Part shown: positions 28,903 through 38,179 of the stretch, piece after piece
Numbering within the stretch: the stretch's first letter is position 1
Layout of the letters: every line of letters begins with the position of its first letter
Made by a program: the position numbers and the translations under genes
Notes under the pieces: generated by a model
The model's input: only the letters and a program-made list of their open reading frames with translations
Databases searched by the model: none
Told to the model about the DNA's origin: nothing
Assembly (NCBI GenBank): GCA_030059675.1
Contig: JANVYQ010000001.1
Span: 256,001 to 320,000 of the forward strand
Length of the DNA: 64,000 bases
Reading direction: 5' to 3'
Source: Candidatus Pelearchaeum maunauluense
GTDB lineage: Archaea; Thermoproteota; Nitrososphaeria_A; Caldarchaeales; Caldarchaeaceae

Positions 28903-30735
28903 TCATATCTCCAGCGTCTCCAAACCATAGTCTCGTCTCATCTCCTTTTTTCTTTCTTCAGCCTTGCGTGTCCGCTTGAGGTAGTAGTATTCTTGTTCCG
29001 ATAGTTTTCTTCCCCTGATTCCAGCGTCTAGCCGTAGGATTGTGTATGCCGCTGTTAGAGCGTTTTCTATTGCTGCTTTCTTTGTCTGGCTGTGGTCTAT
29101 TATCAGCTCACTCCACGTGTCGCTGATTTCCTGGCGCTCTGCGTTGAAGCCGTGTGAAACACCCCCCGTATTGTGTTCCCGCCTAACAGCGGTGAGCGTG
29201 TTAATCGGGTCTGCGCCAGCGTTCTGGGCTAGGAAGCTTATCAGCTCCTCAAACGCCCCAGTAATCCATATGAGGGCCAGCTGAACCCTTGACGGTAGTT
29301 TTAGCGCATATTCCATGAGTGCTTTACTTATCTCCTCCTCGGTGGCGCCTCCCCCAGGTACGAAGCGCGGAGAGCTACGTACCGCGTGGATGAACGTGGT
29401 TGCGCTCTTTATCTTCTCCTCAAAGTCCATCAACCCACGCTCATCGGGGCTCGCGAGGATTACTGTTAGCTGATGCCTGTTCTTACAGCCCCTGAAGAAC
29501 ATCCACTCCTTGTTGATTATCTTCTTGGACTCAACCAGCTCGGCATAGCCGAGGTCTTCCTGTGAGAGCTTGTTAAATGCTTTTGTGGGTTTTGCTCCTG
29601 TTGCCTCTGCTAGGCTTCTAATCTCTGGTGGTGAGAAGCGGCGTATTATCATGGCCTTGTTCTCTATGAATGTGGGGAATACTGCCTCGTCTACGCCTTT
29701 CTCCACCACGACGACGTTGGCCCCGCTCTCCAGTATCTCCCTGGCGTAGTTGATGAGTAGCGCCCTACGCGATGCATGTCCCCTCGCCACCTCGCCTGGC
29801 TCTTCCCACTCATGGCTTATTCTAAGGCTACGCCCAACCTTCTGCGGCATCACCAGCCCGCCCAGTAGGATGGCAATCCGCGCGCCGTGTATGGTCTTGG
29901 TTATCTCTGGGTGCGGTAGCTCCTTCGGATACGCGACGCCGTTAATCAGCACCGAGTCGGATATTGAGGAGCTTTTCATGGTTCTGAAGTCTATGAGCTC
30001 GCGTATGGGCTTCACAGCGGTGTGGCTGGGCGTTATGTGCTCCAGTATCTCGCGGGTTATCTTGGCCGCCTTCTCGGCGTGAGATGGAGAAACCCAGCTC
30101 TTGGCCCTTCTTATGAGCGTCTCCTCAACATGCGGGCTTAGTGTAATCTCTTTTGAGAGTCTATCCACCACCTCGCCAGCTATGCGCAGCGCCTCGCTCA
30201 CAGCGCTTAGGCAGTCCATCCTGCTCACGTATCCACGCGCTATCAGCTCGCTACAGTTCCTCACCACCAGCGCCGCCAGGAGACTAGTATATACGCTGTG
30301 GTCCCCATACTCGCGCTCCAGCGAGAGGCCAGCACCCAGCAAAATCTGAGCGAGAGGATTAATTATCTTCACATGCCGCATAACCAGGCTAAGGCTGTTG
30401 GAAGTTATGACGAGACCACGCTGGTCTGTCATCATCTTATACATCTTATACGGCCCCAGCATGGTCTTGAGAAAATCAACAACCCATGAGGCGGTTATGC
30501 GCACATGGTCGGTGAACTCGCCGCCAGCTAGATATGCGGCATCTAGGCTCAAGACAGCAGAGGGGAAGCCGTGCTTGTATATCGTCGGCTGTGGGACTCT
30601 CTCATGCGGTAGTGGTAAGAGCGTGGAGTCGCGCTCAGACACCTTACGATAGCCAGCATCAAGGCGCTTCAGCAGCTCGCGCTGGACAACATCTGGGATG
30701 AAGTCGCGTCCATGCCTTTCGTCTGCCACGCTCAT
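28903..30735 (-). CDS. Divergent group II chaperonin (thermosome-like) with degenerate ATPase motifs
   Basis: KTMLGP, DSVLING, GANVVVVEKGVD, PGGGATE, LAQNAG and AYTILRLD retained; GDGTT replaced by GDHSV. Confidence 0.85.
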   Translation of the reverse strand: MSVADERHGRDFIPDVVQRELLKRLDAGYRKVSERDSTLLPLPHERVPQPTIYKHGFPSAVLSLDAAYLAGGEFTDHVRITASWVVDFLKTMLGPYKMYKMMTDQRGLVITSNSLSLVMRHVKIINPLAQILLGAGLSLEREYGDHSVYTSLLAALVVRNCSELIARGYVSRMDCLSAVSEALRIAGEVVDRLSKEITLSPHVEETLIRRAKSWVSPSHAEKAAKITREILEHITPSHTAVKPIRELIDFRTMKSSSISDSVLINGVAYPKELPHPEITKTIHGARIAILLGGLVMPQKVGRSLRISHEWEEPGEVARGHASRRALLINYAREILESGANVVVVEKGVDEAVFPTFIENKAMIIRRFSPPEIRSLAEATGAKPTKAFNKLSQEDLGYAELVESKKIINKEWMFFRGCKNRHQLTVILASPDERGLMDFEEKIKSATTFIHAVRSSPRFVPGGGATEEEISKALMEYALKLPSRVQLALIWITGAFEELISFLAQNAGADPINTLTAVRREHNTGGVSHGFNAERQEISDTWSELIIDHSQTKKAAIENALTAAYTILRLDAGIRGRKLSEQEYYYLKRTRKAEERKKEMRRDYGLETLEI

Positions 30736-30760
30736 GGCTCCGCGAGCTGGAGTGTCAGGC

Positions 30761-31576
30761 CTACTGCCTCACGGTCCTGGTCAGGAGGTAGGCGAAGACT
30801 AGGAAGCCGAGGAATGACACGGCTGAGATTAGGGTTCCAGCAGCATACCACTTGGGCGTCAGCGGATTAACGCCGAGCTGTGTGTTGATAAATGTTGAGA
30901 GCGTCCCTATCCCTTTCATCGCGAACTGAGTCCTAATCACCTCGCCCCACGAGAGCAGAAAACCGAGAATCGCCGCCGAGATTACCTCGTAGATTATGAG
31001 GGGCAGGGTTATCCTCCTGAAAATCATCAGCGGAGGAGCCTTAAGCACAGCCGCGGCCTGCTCGTAGAACAGCAGGTTGGGGTCAAAGCGCGCCATCATC
31101 AGTATAAGGCCGAACGGGACAACGTAGATTACGTTTATCAGCGCCGCGCTCCAGAAGGAGAACGGAAGGTTGAGCAGCCTGAAGAGGAAGTTAACGCCCA
31201 GGCCGACGGTTACGCCTGGCGTGAGGAATCCCAGGAGGAAGAGGTAGAAGAGGAAGTTGCGGCCTGCCATTCTACGTCTAAACGCTAGTGCGGTGATTGT
31301 AACCAGCGCCATCGCCATAAGCGCTACTACTATTGAAACCGTGAAGGAGTTCCGTAGCGCTGCGAAGAACTGCCTATCGTGGAAGAGCGAGACATACGCG
31401 GCGTATTCGTACCCTGTCGGCGGCTTAAGATACCAGTCAAGGGTGAAGCGCTCTATCGGGAAGCTGATGTTGGCGCCTGACTTGAATGAGAGGAGGACGA
31501 CGAAGACTAGAGGTAGGTAGATTATCAGTATTATGATGGCGATGTACGTCTTTACCAGGAAGTCTGGTATCTTCAT
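30761..31576 (-). CDS. ABC permease (PotC-like)
   Basis: YLPL..LLSF, FTLDWY and an EAA-like loop. Confidence 0.88.
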   Translation of the reverse strand: MKIPDFLVKTYIAIIILIIYLPLVFVVLLSFKSGANISFPIERFTLDWYLKPPTGYEYAAYVSLFHDRQFFAALRNSFTVSIVVALMAMALVTITALAFRRRMAGRNFLFYLFLLGFLTPGVTVGLGVNFLFRLLNLPFSFWSAALINVIYVVPFGLILMMARFDPNLLFYEQAAAVLKAPPLMIFRRITLPLIIYEVISAAILGFLLSWGEVIRTQFAMKGIGTLSTFINTQLGVNPLTPKWYAAGTLISAVSFLGFLVFAYLLTRTVRQ

Positions 31577-31577
31577 T

Positions 31578-32429
31578 CTACTCCACCAGCTTCTTTATAT
31601 CAACTATCTTGAAGAGTATGACCAGCACCGCCAGCGAGATTAGTATGAGTACCGTTGACTGCGTCGCCGCGTATGGCCAGACGAAGTTGGCCGCGAAGTT
31701 GGCTACCGAGAGTCCGAGAACCTGTATCCCACCAGCCCATAGCGAGGGCGTGATATAGTCTCCCAGAGTGTTGACGAAGACGAAGGTCAGCCCCACTATC
31801 ACGCCTGGAAGCGAGAGCTTGAAGATAATCTCATAGAAGACCCTATGCGGCGGAGACTTCAACACACGGGCAGCGTTTATCAGGTCTGGGTCTATCCTAC
31901 TCAGGGCAAGGTATATCGGGAATATCATGAAGAGGAGGTTTGACTGAAGCCAGATAATTATCAGCGTCCAGCGCGAGAAGAGGAGCGAGACAGGCTGATG
32001 AACTATGTTGAAGTATTGGAGCAGGTAATTGACTATTCCGCTCTCGCCCAGTATGGGTATCCAGGCTATCGTCCTGACGTTCCAGTCTATCAGGAAAGGC
32101 ACGAGGAGTAGGCTGATTATGAGGTTCCTCGTCTTTATGCTCTTTATCCTGAATGTCATGAAGTAGGCTGCTGGGTATCCTACGAGTAGTGCTACTAGGC
32201 TGGCGAGTAATGACATCCCGAAGGTGTTGGCTAGGATTGTGGGCGTCTGTGGTGAGGTGAAGAACTCAATATAGTTCTCCACCGTGAATATGGGGTTGGT
32301 GAAGCTGAACTCCTGCATGAAGCTTATCACAACGGTAAGGAGAAGTGGTATGACTAGAAAGAAGGCTATGACCAGCAGCCCAGGTAGCAGTAGTATATAG
32401 TTCATTATCTTCGGCGGTCTGGTGCTCAT
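31578..32429 (-). CDS. ABC permease (PotB-like)
   Basis: GYPAAY, FMIFPIY..RID..INAA and SLPGV..GDYITP. Confidence 0.88.
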   Translation of the reverse strand: MSTRPPKIMNYILLLPGLLVIAFFLVIPLLLTVVISFMQEFSFTNPIFTVENYIEFFTSPQTPTILANTFGMSLLASLVALLVGYPAAYFMTFRIKSIKTRNLIISLLLVPFLIDWNVRTIAWIPILGESGIVNYLLQYFNIVHQPVSLLFSRWTLIIIWLQSNLLFMIFPIYLALSRIDPDLINAARVLKSPPHRVFYEIIFKLSLPGVIVGLTFVFVNTLGDYITPSLWAGGIQVLGLSVANFAANFVWPYAATQSTVLILISLAVLVILFKIVDIKKLVE

Positions 32430-32430
32430 C

Positions 32431-33564
32431 TCACTTCCCGTAGATAAGCTCCTCTATATCCACGCCCTCAACCACGCTGGGCTTGGACACGATAGTCGCC
32501 TTCGTGTAGGGCCACGTAAGCGTGAGCTGTTCACCAACCTTGGCTGTGAAGGGCTCGTTGGCGGAGATTACCGACTTAACCCTTGTCTGCGCGTCTGCGC
32601 TGAAGACAAGCTCTAGGAAGTGGCCGAAGTAGTAGTATGTGTTGAAATATACCGAGAGCCTGTTATCCTGGCCACTATCCTCCCTAGATACGCGCACATG
32701 CTCCGGCCTGACGATGTATGCCACCCTCCTGCCGACGAGGTCGCGCGCGTTCTCCGTCGCTGGGTGGCGTGCCTTGAATGTGCCGAACTCCGTCTTAACC
32801 CAAACCGCGTCTGGGGAGATCTCCTCAACGGTGCCCGCGAAGGTGTTGAGCTCGCCGACGAAGCGGGCTGCGAAGAGCGTCTGGGGGTCGTTGTATATCT
32901 CTGTGGGCGTGCCTATCTGCTCCACTAGGCCGCTGTTCATTATGAGCATCCTATCAGCCAGGCTCAAACCATGCTCCTGGTCGTGTGTGGTGAGCATGAA
33001 GACGCCGCCAATCTCGCGGTGAACCTCCTTCAACATCTCCGCAAACTTGCGCTGTAGGCGGTAGTCAACGTGGCTGAGCGGCTCGTCCAGGAGGAGGACG
33101 CTGGGCCTTATTATGAGCGCCCGCGCCAGAGCTACGCGCTGTCTCTGGCCGCCGCTTATCTCGTTGGGCATCCTCTCCTCAAGCCCCTCAATATGGAGTA
33201 GGCGCGTCATCTTTCTCACCTCGCGGTCAATCTCATCCTTATCCTTGCCGAGCATCCTGAGGCCGAATGCTATGTTCTCATAGACGGTCATGTGGGGGAA
33301 GAGGGCGAAGTTCTCCAGCATCATGGAAACATCCCGCCTATGCGGCGGGACATTCTTCATATCCTCACCCTTGATGTAGAGCTCTCCAGAATCATAGTCA
33401 AGTATCCCCGCGATTATCCTCAGCAGGGTACTCTTACCACAGCCACTAGGCCCCATGATGATGAAGAACTCGTTCTCATCAACCTCAAACGAGATTTCCC
33501 TAAGTGCCTCTACAGCTCCTTTGTAGCGTTTGGCCAGTTTGCGGGCTTCTATGACCTTAGCCAC
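32431..33564 (-). CDS. ABC ATP-binding protein (PotA-like, TOBE domain)
   Basis: GPSGCGKST, ISGGQRQR, LLDEP and THDQE. Confidence 0.92.
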   Translation of the reverse strand: MAKVIEARKLAKRYKGAVEALREISFEVDENEFFIIMGPSGCGKSTLLRIIAGILDYDSGELYIKGEDMKNVPPHRRDVSMMLENFALFPHMTVYENIAFGLRMLGKDKDEIDREVRKMTRLLHIEGLEERMPNEISGGQRQRVALARALIIRPSVLLLDEPLSHVDYRLQRKFAEMLKEVHREIGGVFMLTTHDQEHGLSLADRMLIMNSGLVEQIGTPTEIYNDPQTLFAARFVGELNTFAGTVEEISPDAVWVKTEFGTFKARHPATENARDLVGRRVAYIVRPEHVRVSREDSGQDNRLSVYFNTYYYFGHFLELVFSADAQTRVKSVISANEPFTAKVGEQLTLTWPYTKATIVSKPSVVEGVDIEELIYGK

Positions 33565-33605
33565 GGCTACGCACCTCTGTGAGCGTGGTTGGCGTGTGGT
33601 TATGG

Positions 33606-34367
33606 CTATATGAAGCTGACTGTCTCCACCTCCTTAAACTGTGATGGTATCCTCCTGTATTTGGGGCGTGGTGTGGGGTATGATGTTCTGCTGTGGCTTA
33701 TGCCCATAGACACTAGCATCTCCGCATACTTGACCTGCGCTATCCCAGGGTCTATGACAGGTATCCCAACAGCATCCTGAACCTCCCGCGCCATTCCAAT
33801 CATACCCGTGCATCCAAGTATAGCCACATCAGCCCCATCCTGCTCAACAGCCTTACGCGTCTCCTCCACAAGGAGGCGCCTAACCTCATCCCGCTTCTTC
33901 TCCAAATCCAAGACAGGGACATTAACATAACGGACTGAAGCAAGCCTATGGTTAAACCCATACTCCCTAACCTTCCTGGAGAAGAGGGGTAGAGTCTCTT
34001 TCAAGACCGTTACTATTGAGAATTTCTCACCAAGAGTGGATGCTATGCTCATCGTGGCTATGAGTGGGCCTACCACAGGCTTGTTCACCGCCTCGCGTAC
34101 CGAGTGGAGCGCGGGGTCTCCCATACAGTCTATTATTATCGCGTCATAATCCTGCTTCGCCGCGCGTACTGCTTTCTCAACTATCCAGGGCGCGGCCAGC
34201 TCCTCATCAATATATGTCTCTATTGAAGCTGGTCCGAAATCCAGCGCGTCTACGACGAACTTTGTTCCTGGGCTTACTGCACGCTTAATCTCCTCCCACG
34301 TGACTGGCTCTAAGTCGCTGTTCTTCAGGATTGGGAGCAGCACGTATAGTTTCATGTTGCGGCTCAC
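33606..34367 (-). CDS. Hydantoin racemase (Asp/Glu/hydantoin racemase family)
   Basis: GPASIE, IDCMGDP and ILGCTGM (two catalytic Cys). Confidence 0.88.
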   Translation of the reverse strand: MSRNMKLYVLLPILKNSDLEPVTWEEIKRAVSPGTKFVVDALDFGPASIETYIDEELAAPWIVEKAVRAAKQDYDAIIIDCMGDPALHSVREAVNKPVVGPLIATMSIASTLGEKFSIVTVLKETLPLFSRKVREYGFNHRLASVRYVNVPVLDLEKKRDEVRRLLVEETRKAVEQDGADVAILGCTGMIGMAREVQDAVGIPVIDPGIAQVKYAEMLVSMGISHSRTSYPTPRPKYRRIPSQFKEVETVSFI

Positions 34368-34445
34368 TCGCTAAACTTCGGAAAGATACTTTATATATCT
34401 TTCTTTAAGATTATTAGAAAATATATGGTCGTTGCTTAGGGTATT

Positions 34446-36035
34446 TTATGCCTGGAGCTCGCCGGCAGCCTTGATGCGCACGCGGACGGCGTTGCTGGGT
34501 AAGTATGTCAGGAAGACCTCGTCAATGTCCACGACTTCTACAGTATCCTTCTTAGCTCCAGCTTTAACGGCCTCCTCCACCGCGAGTTGTTTAGCGCGGT
34601 TCATGACCTCGCTCCTGCTCGTGTTGTCCAGTGAGAAGACCTTCTCAATCTCGCCTCCAACCTGGGCTATCGCCGCGCCGAGGGCGTTGGCGTACTGGAA
34701 TGCCTGCGGCCTAATCACCTTAGACACGCCCCTGATGGAGTCGTACCTCTCAGGGGGTATGATTATCCCGCCGCCCCCGACGAGAACCATGGGCATATCC
34801 TCCTTCCGCGTCTTCACACGCTCAACAGCATCCTCAAGCATGGCCACTATCTTGTTCGCAACCCTCTCCAGCGTTGGGCGGTCTAGGCTCTTTAGACGCT
34901 CAGGCTTCACGTTGGGCTCTTCTATCCTGGCGTAGCCCAGCGCTATCGCCACGTCGGTAGTGGTGAGCGTGTCCCCTCCCCACGCGATCGCGCGCTTCTC
35001 CAGCTCGTAGCCGACGCTCTCAGGTCCTATGCTGAAGCCGTCTCCAGAGAGCTTGACGACAGTTCCGCCGCCGCAGCCGAAGGATACTAGGTCTGGCATT
35101 CTGAAGTTTGTGCGCACACCGCCAACCTCAACTGCCGCGGCAGACTGGCGTGGGAAACCGTTAACCAGCATGCCAGCGAGCATCGTGGTGCCCCCAATAT
35201 CAACCACTATCGCATCTTTGAGGTTCGTCAGGAATGAGGCGCCCCTAAAGCTGTTGGTCGGGCCAGAAGCTATCGTGAGTATCGGATACTGCTTCGCGTA
35301 CTCAACAGACATGAGCGTCCCGTCGTTCTGCGAGAAGTAGAGCTTTGCATGGATGTCGCGCTCCTCGCATGCTTTCTGTATCGCTTCGGTGGCTGACTGA
35401 GCCACCTTAAACAGCGCAGCGTTAAGTATCGTCGCGTTCTCCCTCTCAATCAGCCCTATCCTGCCTATCTTATGCGAGAGCGAGATATGGACACCATCTC
35501 CAGCCAGCTCGCGGATTATGTCATGGACGCGCTGCTCCTGCTCTGGTATGACTGGAGAGAAGACCCCAGATACCGCGAATGCTTCTGCGCCCTTCTGGAG
35601 AGCGTCCCTCACAGCGGCCCTAACCTCACCATCGCTAAACTCCCCTATCTTCCTACCATCATAGTCGTAGCCGCCCTTCACCGTGTACCAAAGCTCGCCG
35701 CCGAGAGCGCTGCGCAGGTCGTGTGGCCACCTATACATGGGCGGGATAGCCTTCCCAGCAGGCTCGCAGATACGTATAACAGCAACACGCGCGAGCCTCC
35801 TCCTCTCGGTAATCGCGTTTATACAGTGAGTAGTCCCAATCATCACATACCTTATATCAGAGACGGAAACGCCGCTGGTCTCCAACGCCAAGTCAAGGCT
35901 GGCGATTATCCCCTGAGTAACGTCTGGCGTGGTGTTCGTCTTCACCGCCGCTATAATCTCGTTCTTATCCGAGACTATGACCGCATCAGTATGCGTGCCG
36001 CCCACGTCAATACCAACCTTCAACGCCATACACAA
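34446..36035 (-). CDS. Hydantoinase/oxoprolinase A-family protein (copy 2)
   Basis: Same motifs as 24672-26255. Confidence 0.9.
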   Translation of the reverse strand: MCMALKVGIDVGGTHTDAVIVSDKNEIIAAVKTNTTPDVTQGIIASLDLALETSGVSVSDIRYVMIGTTHCINAITERRRLARVAVIRICEPAGKAIPPMYRWPHDLRSALGGELWYTVKGGYDYDGRKIGEFSDGEVRAAVRDALQKGAEAFAVSGVFSPVIPEQEQRVHDIIRELAGDGVHISLSHKIGRIGLIERENATILNAALFKVAQSATEAIQKACEERDIHAKLYFSQNDGTLMSVEYAKQYPILTIASGPTNSFRGASFLTNLKDAIVVDIGGTTMLAGMLVNGFPRQSAAAVEVGGVRTNFRMPDLVSFGCGGGTVVKLSGDGFSIGPESVGYELEKRAIAWGGDTLTTTDVAIALGYARIEEPNVKPERLKSLDRPTLERVANKIVAMLEDAVERVKTRKEDMPMVLVGGGGIIIPPERYDSIRGVSKVIRPQAFQYANALGAAIAQVGGEIEKVFSLDNTSRSEVMNRAKQLAVEEAVKAGAKKDTVEVVDIDEVFLTYLPSNAVRVRIKAAGELQA

Positions 36036-37199
36036 TCACCCAAGCCTCTCACGGTACTTCTTCTCCTTCTCAGGCGGGAGGCGGGCTCTCCGATAATACT
36101 CCCTATGGAGCAGCTCCAGCGGCGTGAAGTCAAAGTCGTAGCCAAAGTATCTGGGGCCCCATACCTTTAGAGCCTCTGGAGTCCTCATTATCTCTGGTGT
36201 CGGTATTCCTATCACCATGACCCTGAAGCCGTAACGTAGGTTCTCCGTCGTTATCGGGAGAGCTCTCTCCATGTCTAGTATTGAGATTATGTCTGGGACT
36301 GAGGCGATTACTTTCCCGTCAACCTTGGCCACGAGGTTCTCGTTTTGGAATGTGATTGAGAGCCTGCTTCCCTGATACTCGTCCAGCCCCTCTATCTCCA
36401 CGCGGCCTACTGCGAAGCCAGCGGTGGTTTGCCTCTCTATGTCTATAATCTTCCCGCGGAAGAGCGGTATGGCCTTCCCGTAGTTCGTCTCCTCGGTAAC
36501 CTCCATAACCCTCTCCAGCGGCGTCTTCCCCGTCTTTGCCGCATGTCGTATAGCGTCGCCTATCTTTATCGCTAGCGAGACGCTGTAGTGTATCCCGGTT
36601 CTCTTCACCTGCTCGCCTGTCATGGCGTACTCGGCCAGGTGGGAGGCGCCTCCCATCCTGATTGTGATTCCGCGCGCGAGCCACTCAAGCTGGTAGTTAT
36701 CTACCGACTCTATGATGCATGAGTTTCCACGCTCATCGGACACGACGGCGGGAGCGCCGCTTATGCCGTATATGTGGAAGGTCTCCATCTGGAGCTCCGG
36801 GAATGCTCTACCCATCCCATCTGCATCAACCACTGGAAGCCCAGTCCTCGCGGCCACGTTGAACGGCATCGTAGAGTTTATCCCGCCAGACTCAATCGGC
36901 ATAGTGGCGTCTGCCTTCCTGCCGAGATGCTTCTCCAGCTTACGCATAGACCTAACAGTCTCCTCTCCAGACGGTATCCTCTCGTTCATTATCGTTGGAG
37001 CGCCCATCATGGCCGTCGGTATGATGAACATGTCGTCTGGAATCTTGTTGGGGTCTAGAAGCTCCACCTCACCATGCTCCTCTATGGCGCGCATCGCCAT
37101 CAGCATCCCCACGTAGGGGTCTCCTCCTCCCCCAGCTCCCAATATAGCCGCTCCTATAGCTAGGCTCTCCAGCTCATCAACACCAACCTTCACAATCAA
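36036..37199 (-). CDS. DUF917 protein (copy 2)
   Basis: LGAGGGGDP, DGMGRAFPE and FQNENL. Confidence 0.9.
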   Translation of the reverse strand: MIVKVGVDELESLAIGAAILGAGGGGDPYVGMLMAMRAIEEHGEVELLDPNKIPDDMFIIPTAMMGAPTIMNERIPSGEETVRSMRKLEKHLGRKADATMPIESGGINSTMPFNVAARTGLPVVDADGMGRAFPELQMETFHIYGISGAPAVVSDERGNSCIIESVDNYQLEWLARGITIRMGGASHLAEYAMTGEQVKRTGIHYSVSLAIKIGDAIRHAAKTGKTPLERVMEVTEETNYGKAIPLFRGKIIDIERQTTAGFAVGRVEIEGLDEYQGSRLSITFQNENLVAKVDGKVIASVPDIISILDMERALPITTENLRYGFRVMVIGIPTPEIMRTPEALKVWGPRYFGYDFDFTPLELLHREYYRRARLPPEKEKKYRERLG

Positions 37200-37207
37200 G
37201 CCACCCC

Positions 37208-37519
37208 CTAGCGCCTACCTCGCCTAGCCTTCATCTCATCAACACAAAGAGCTATCAGCCTGTCAATAAGAGCGACAAACTTCTCCTCAGACTCCATCAC
37301 AACATACTTCTCGCGGTCAATCATCTCCTTAACCTCGCTCAGAAACTTGTCAAACTTCTCCCCCTCTATCTTCTGGCCAAGGGCTAGAACCTTGCTCGCG
37401 CCATCAACGAGGCGTAGGGGGCCGTAGATATGCGGCTCATCAACACAGCCGCGCGCCGCTGTGAGGAAGAAGAGCGTAAGGTCCATGAAGTCTTGGCTCA
37501 GCTGCTTCCCACTCATCAC
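37208..37519 (-). CDS. DUF6092-like small protein
   Basis: TAARGCVDEPHIYGPLRLVD motif. Confidence 0.7.
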   Translation of the reverse strand: MMSGKQLSQDFMDLTLFFLTAARGCVDEPHIYGPLRLVDGASKVLALGQKIEGEKFDKFLSEVKEMIDREKYVVMESEEKFVALIDRLIALCVDEMKARRGRR

Positions 37520-38046
37520 AGCTCCACCCCATGCCTGTTCAGATACGTTATACTTCCTCCTTCGCGGCGTTTCAACGGTTTTGGCCTATCCTTTGCTGGG
37601 TAGCCAACTTGCAGGAGCACGTCGGTCCTGAAGGTGTCTGGTATGTCCAGAACCTTCCTAATGCCGACCTCGCTGTATGACTTGGTGAAGCATGTTCCAA
37701 GCCCCATGGCGACCGCGGCTATGGCTGCGTTCTCCGCGGCGGCTCCAGAATCTATCAACGAGCAGACATCGCGGCCAAGCCTGCCGAGGCCGTGCTCAGC
37801 CACCTCCAGGTCTGTGTATATCAGCAGGGCTGCTGGGGCGTTGCTCAGAAAGCCAGGCGCTATCTTCCTAATCATGTCAATCGTATCGGGGTCGTCTATC
37901 ACCATGACGCGGCGGTATGGCGTGTTCCCGCCAGTAGGAGCCTTATGAGCAGCCCACGCTAGCTGTAGCAGCTTATCACGCTCAACTGGCTTGTCCTCGT
38001 AGTGCCGCACCGCTACACGCTTCCTAATAGCATCAAATACATTCAC
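37516..38046 (-). CDS. Nitroreductase family flavoprotein
   Basis: AIRKRVAVRHY, APTGGN, GLGTC and VGYP. Confidence 0.88.
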   Translation of the reverse strand: MNVFDAIRKRVAVRHYEDKPVERDKLLQLAWAAHKAPTGGNTPYRRVMVIDDPDTIDMIRKIAPGFLSNAPAALLIYTDLEVAEHGLGRLGRDVCSLIDSGAAAENAAIAAVAMGLGTCFTKSYSEVGIRKVLDIPDTFRTDVLLQVGYPAKDRPKPLKRREGGSITYLNRHGVEL

Positions 38047-38179
38047 GCGACGTAGCGTTGAATGGGATTTTATAATCTTTAAGAGGCAGGCCTGGTAGAG
38101 GCGAAGATAATATAGGTGGCTACGGCTTTGTCTTTGAAGGTATTAACAATCCTTAATGAGGAGAGCCTAACCTTCTCTG

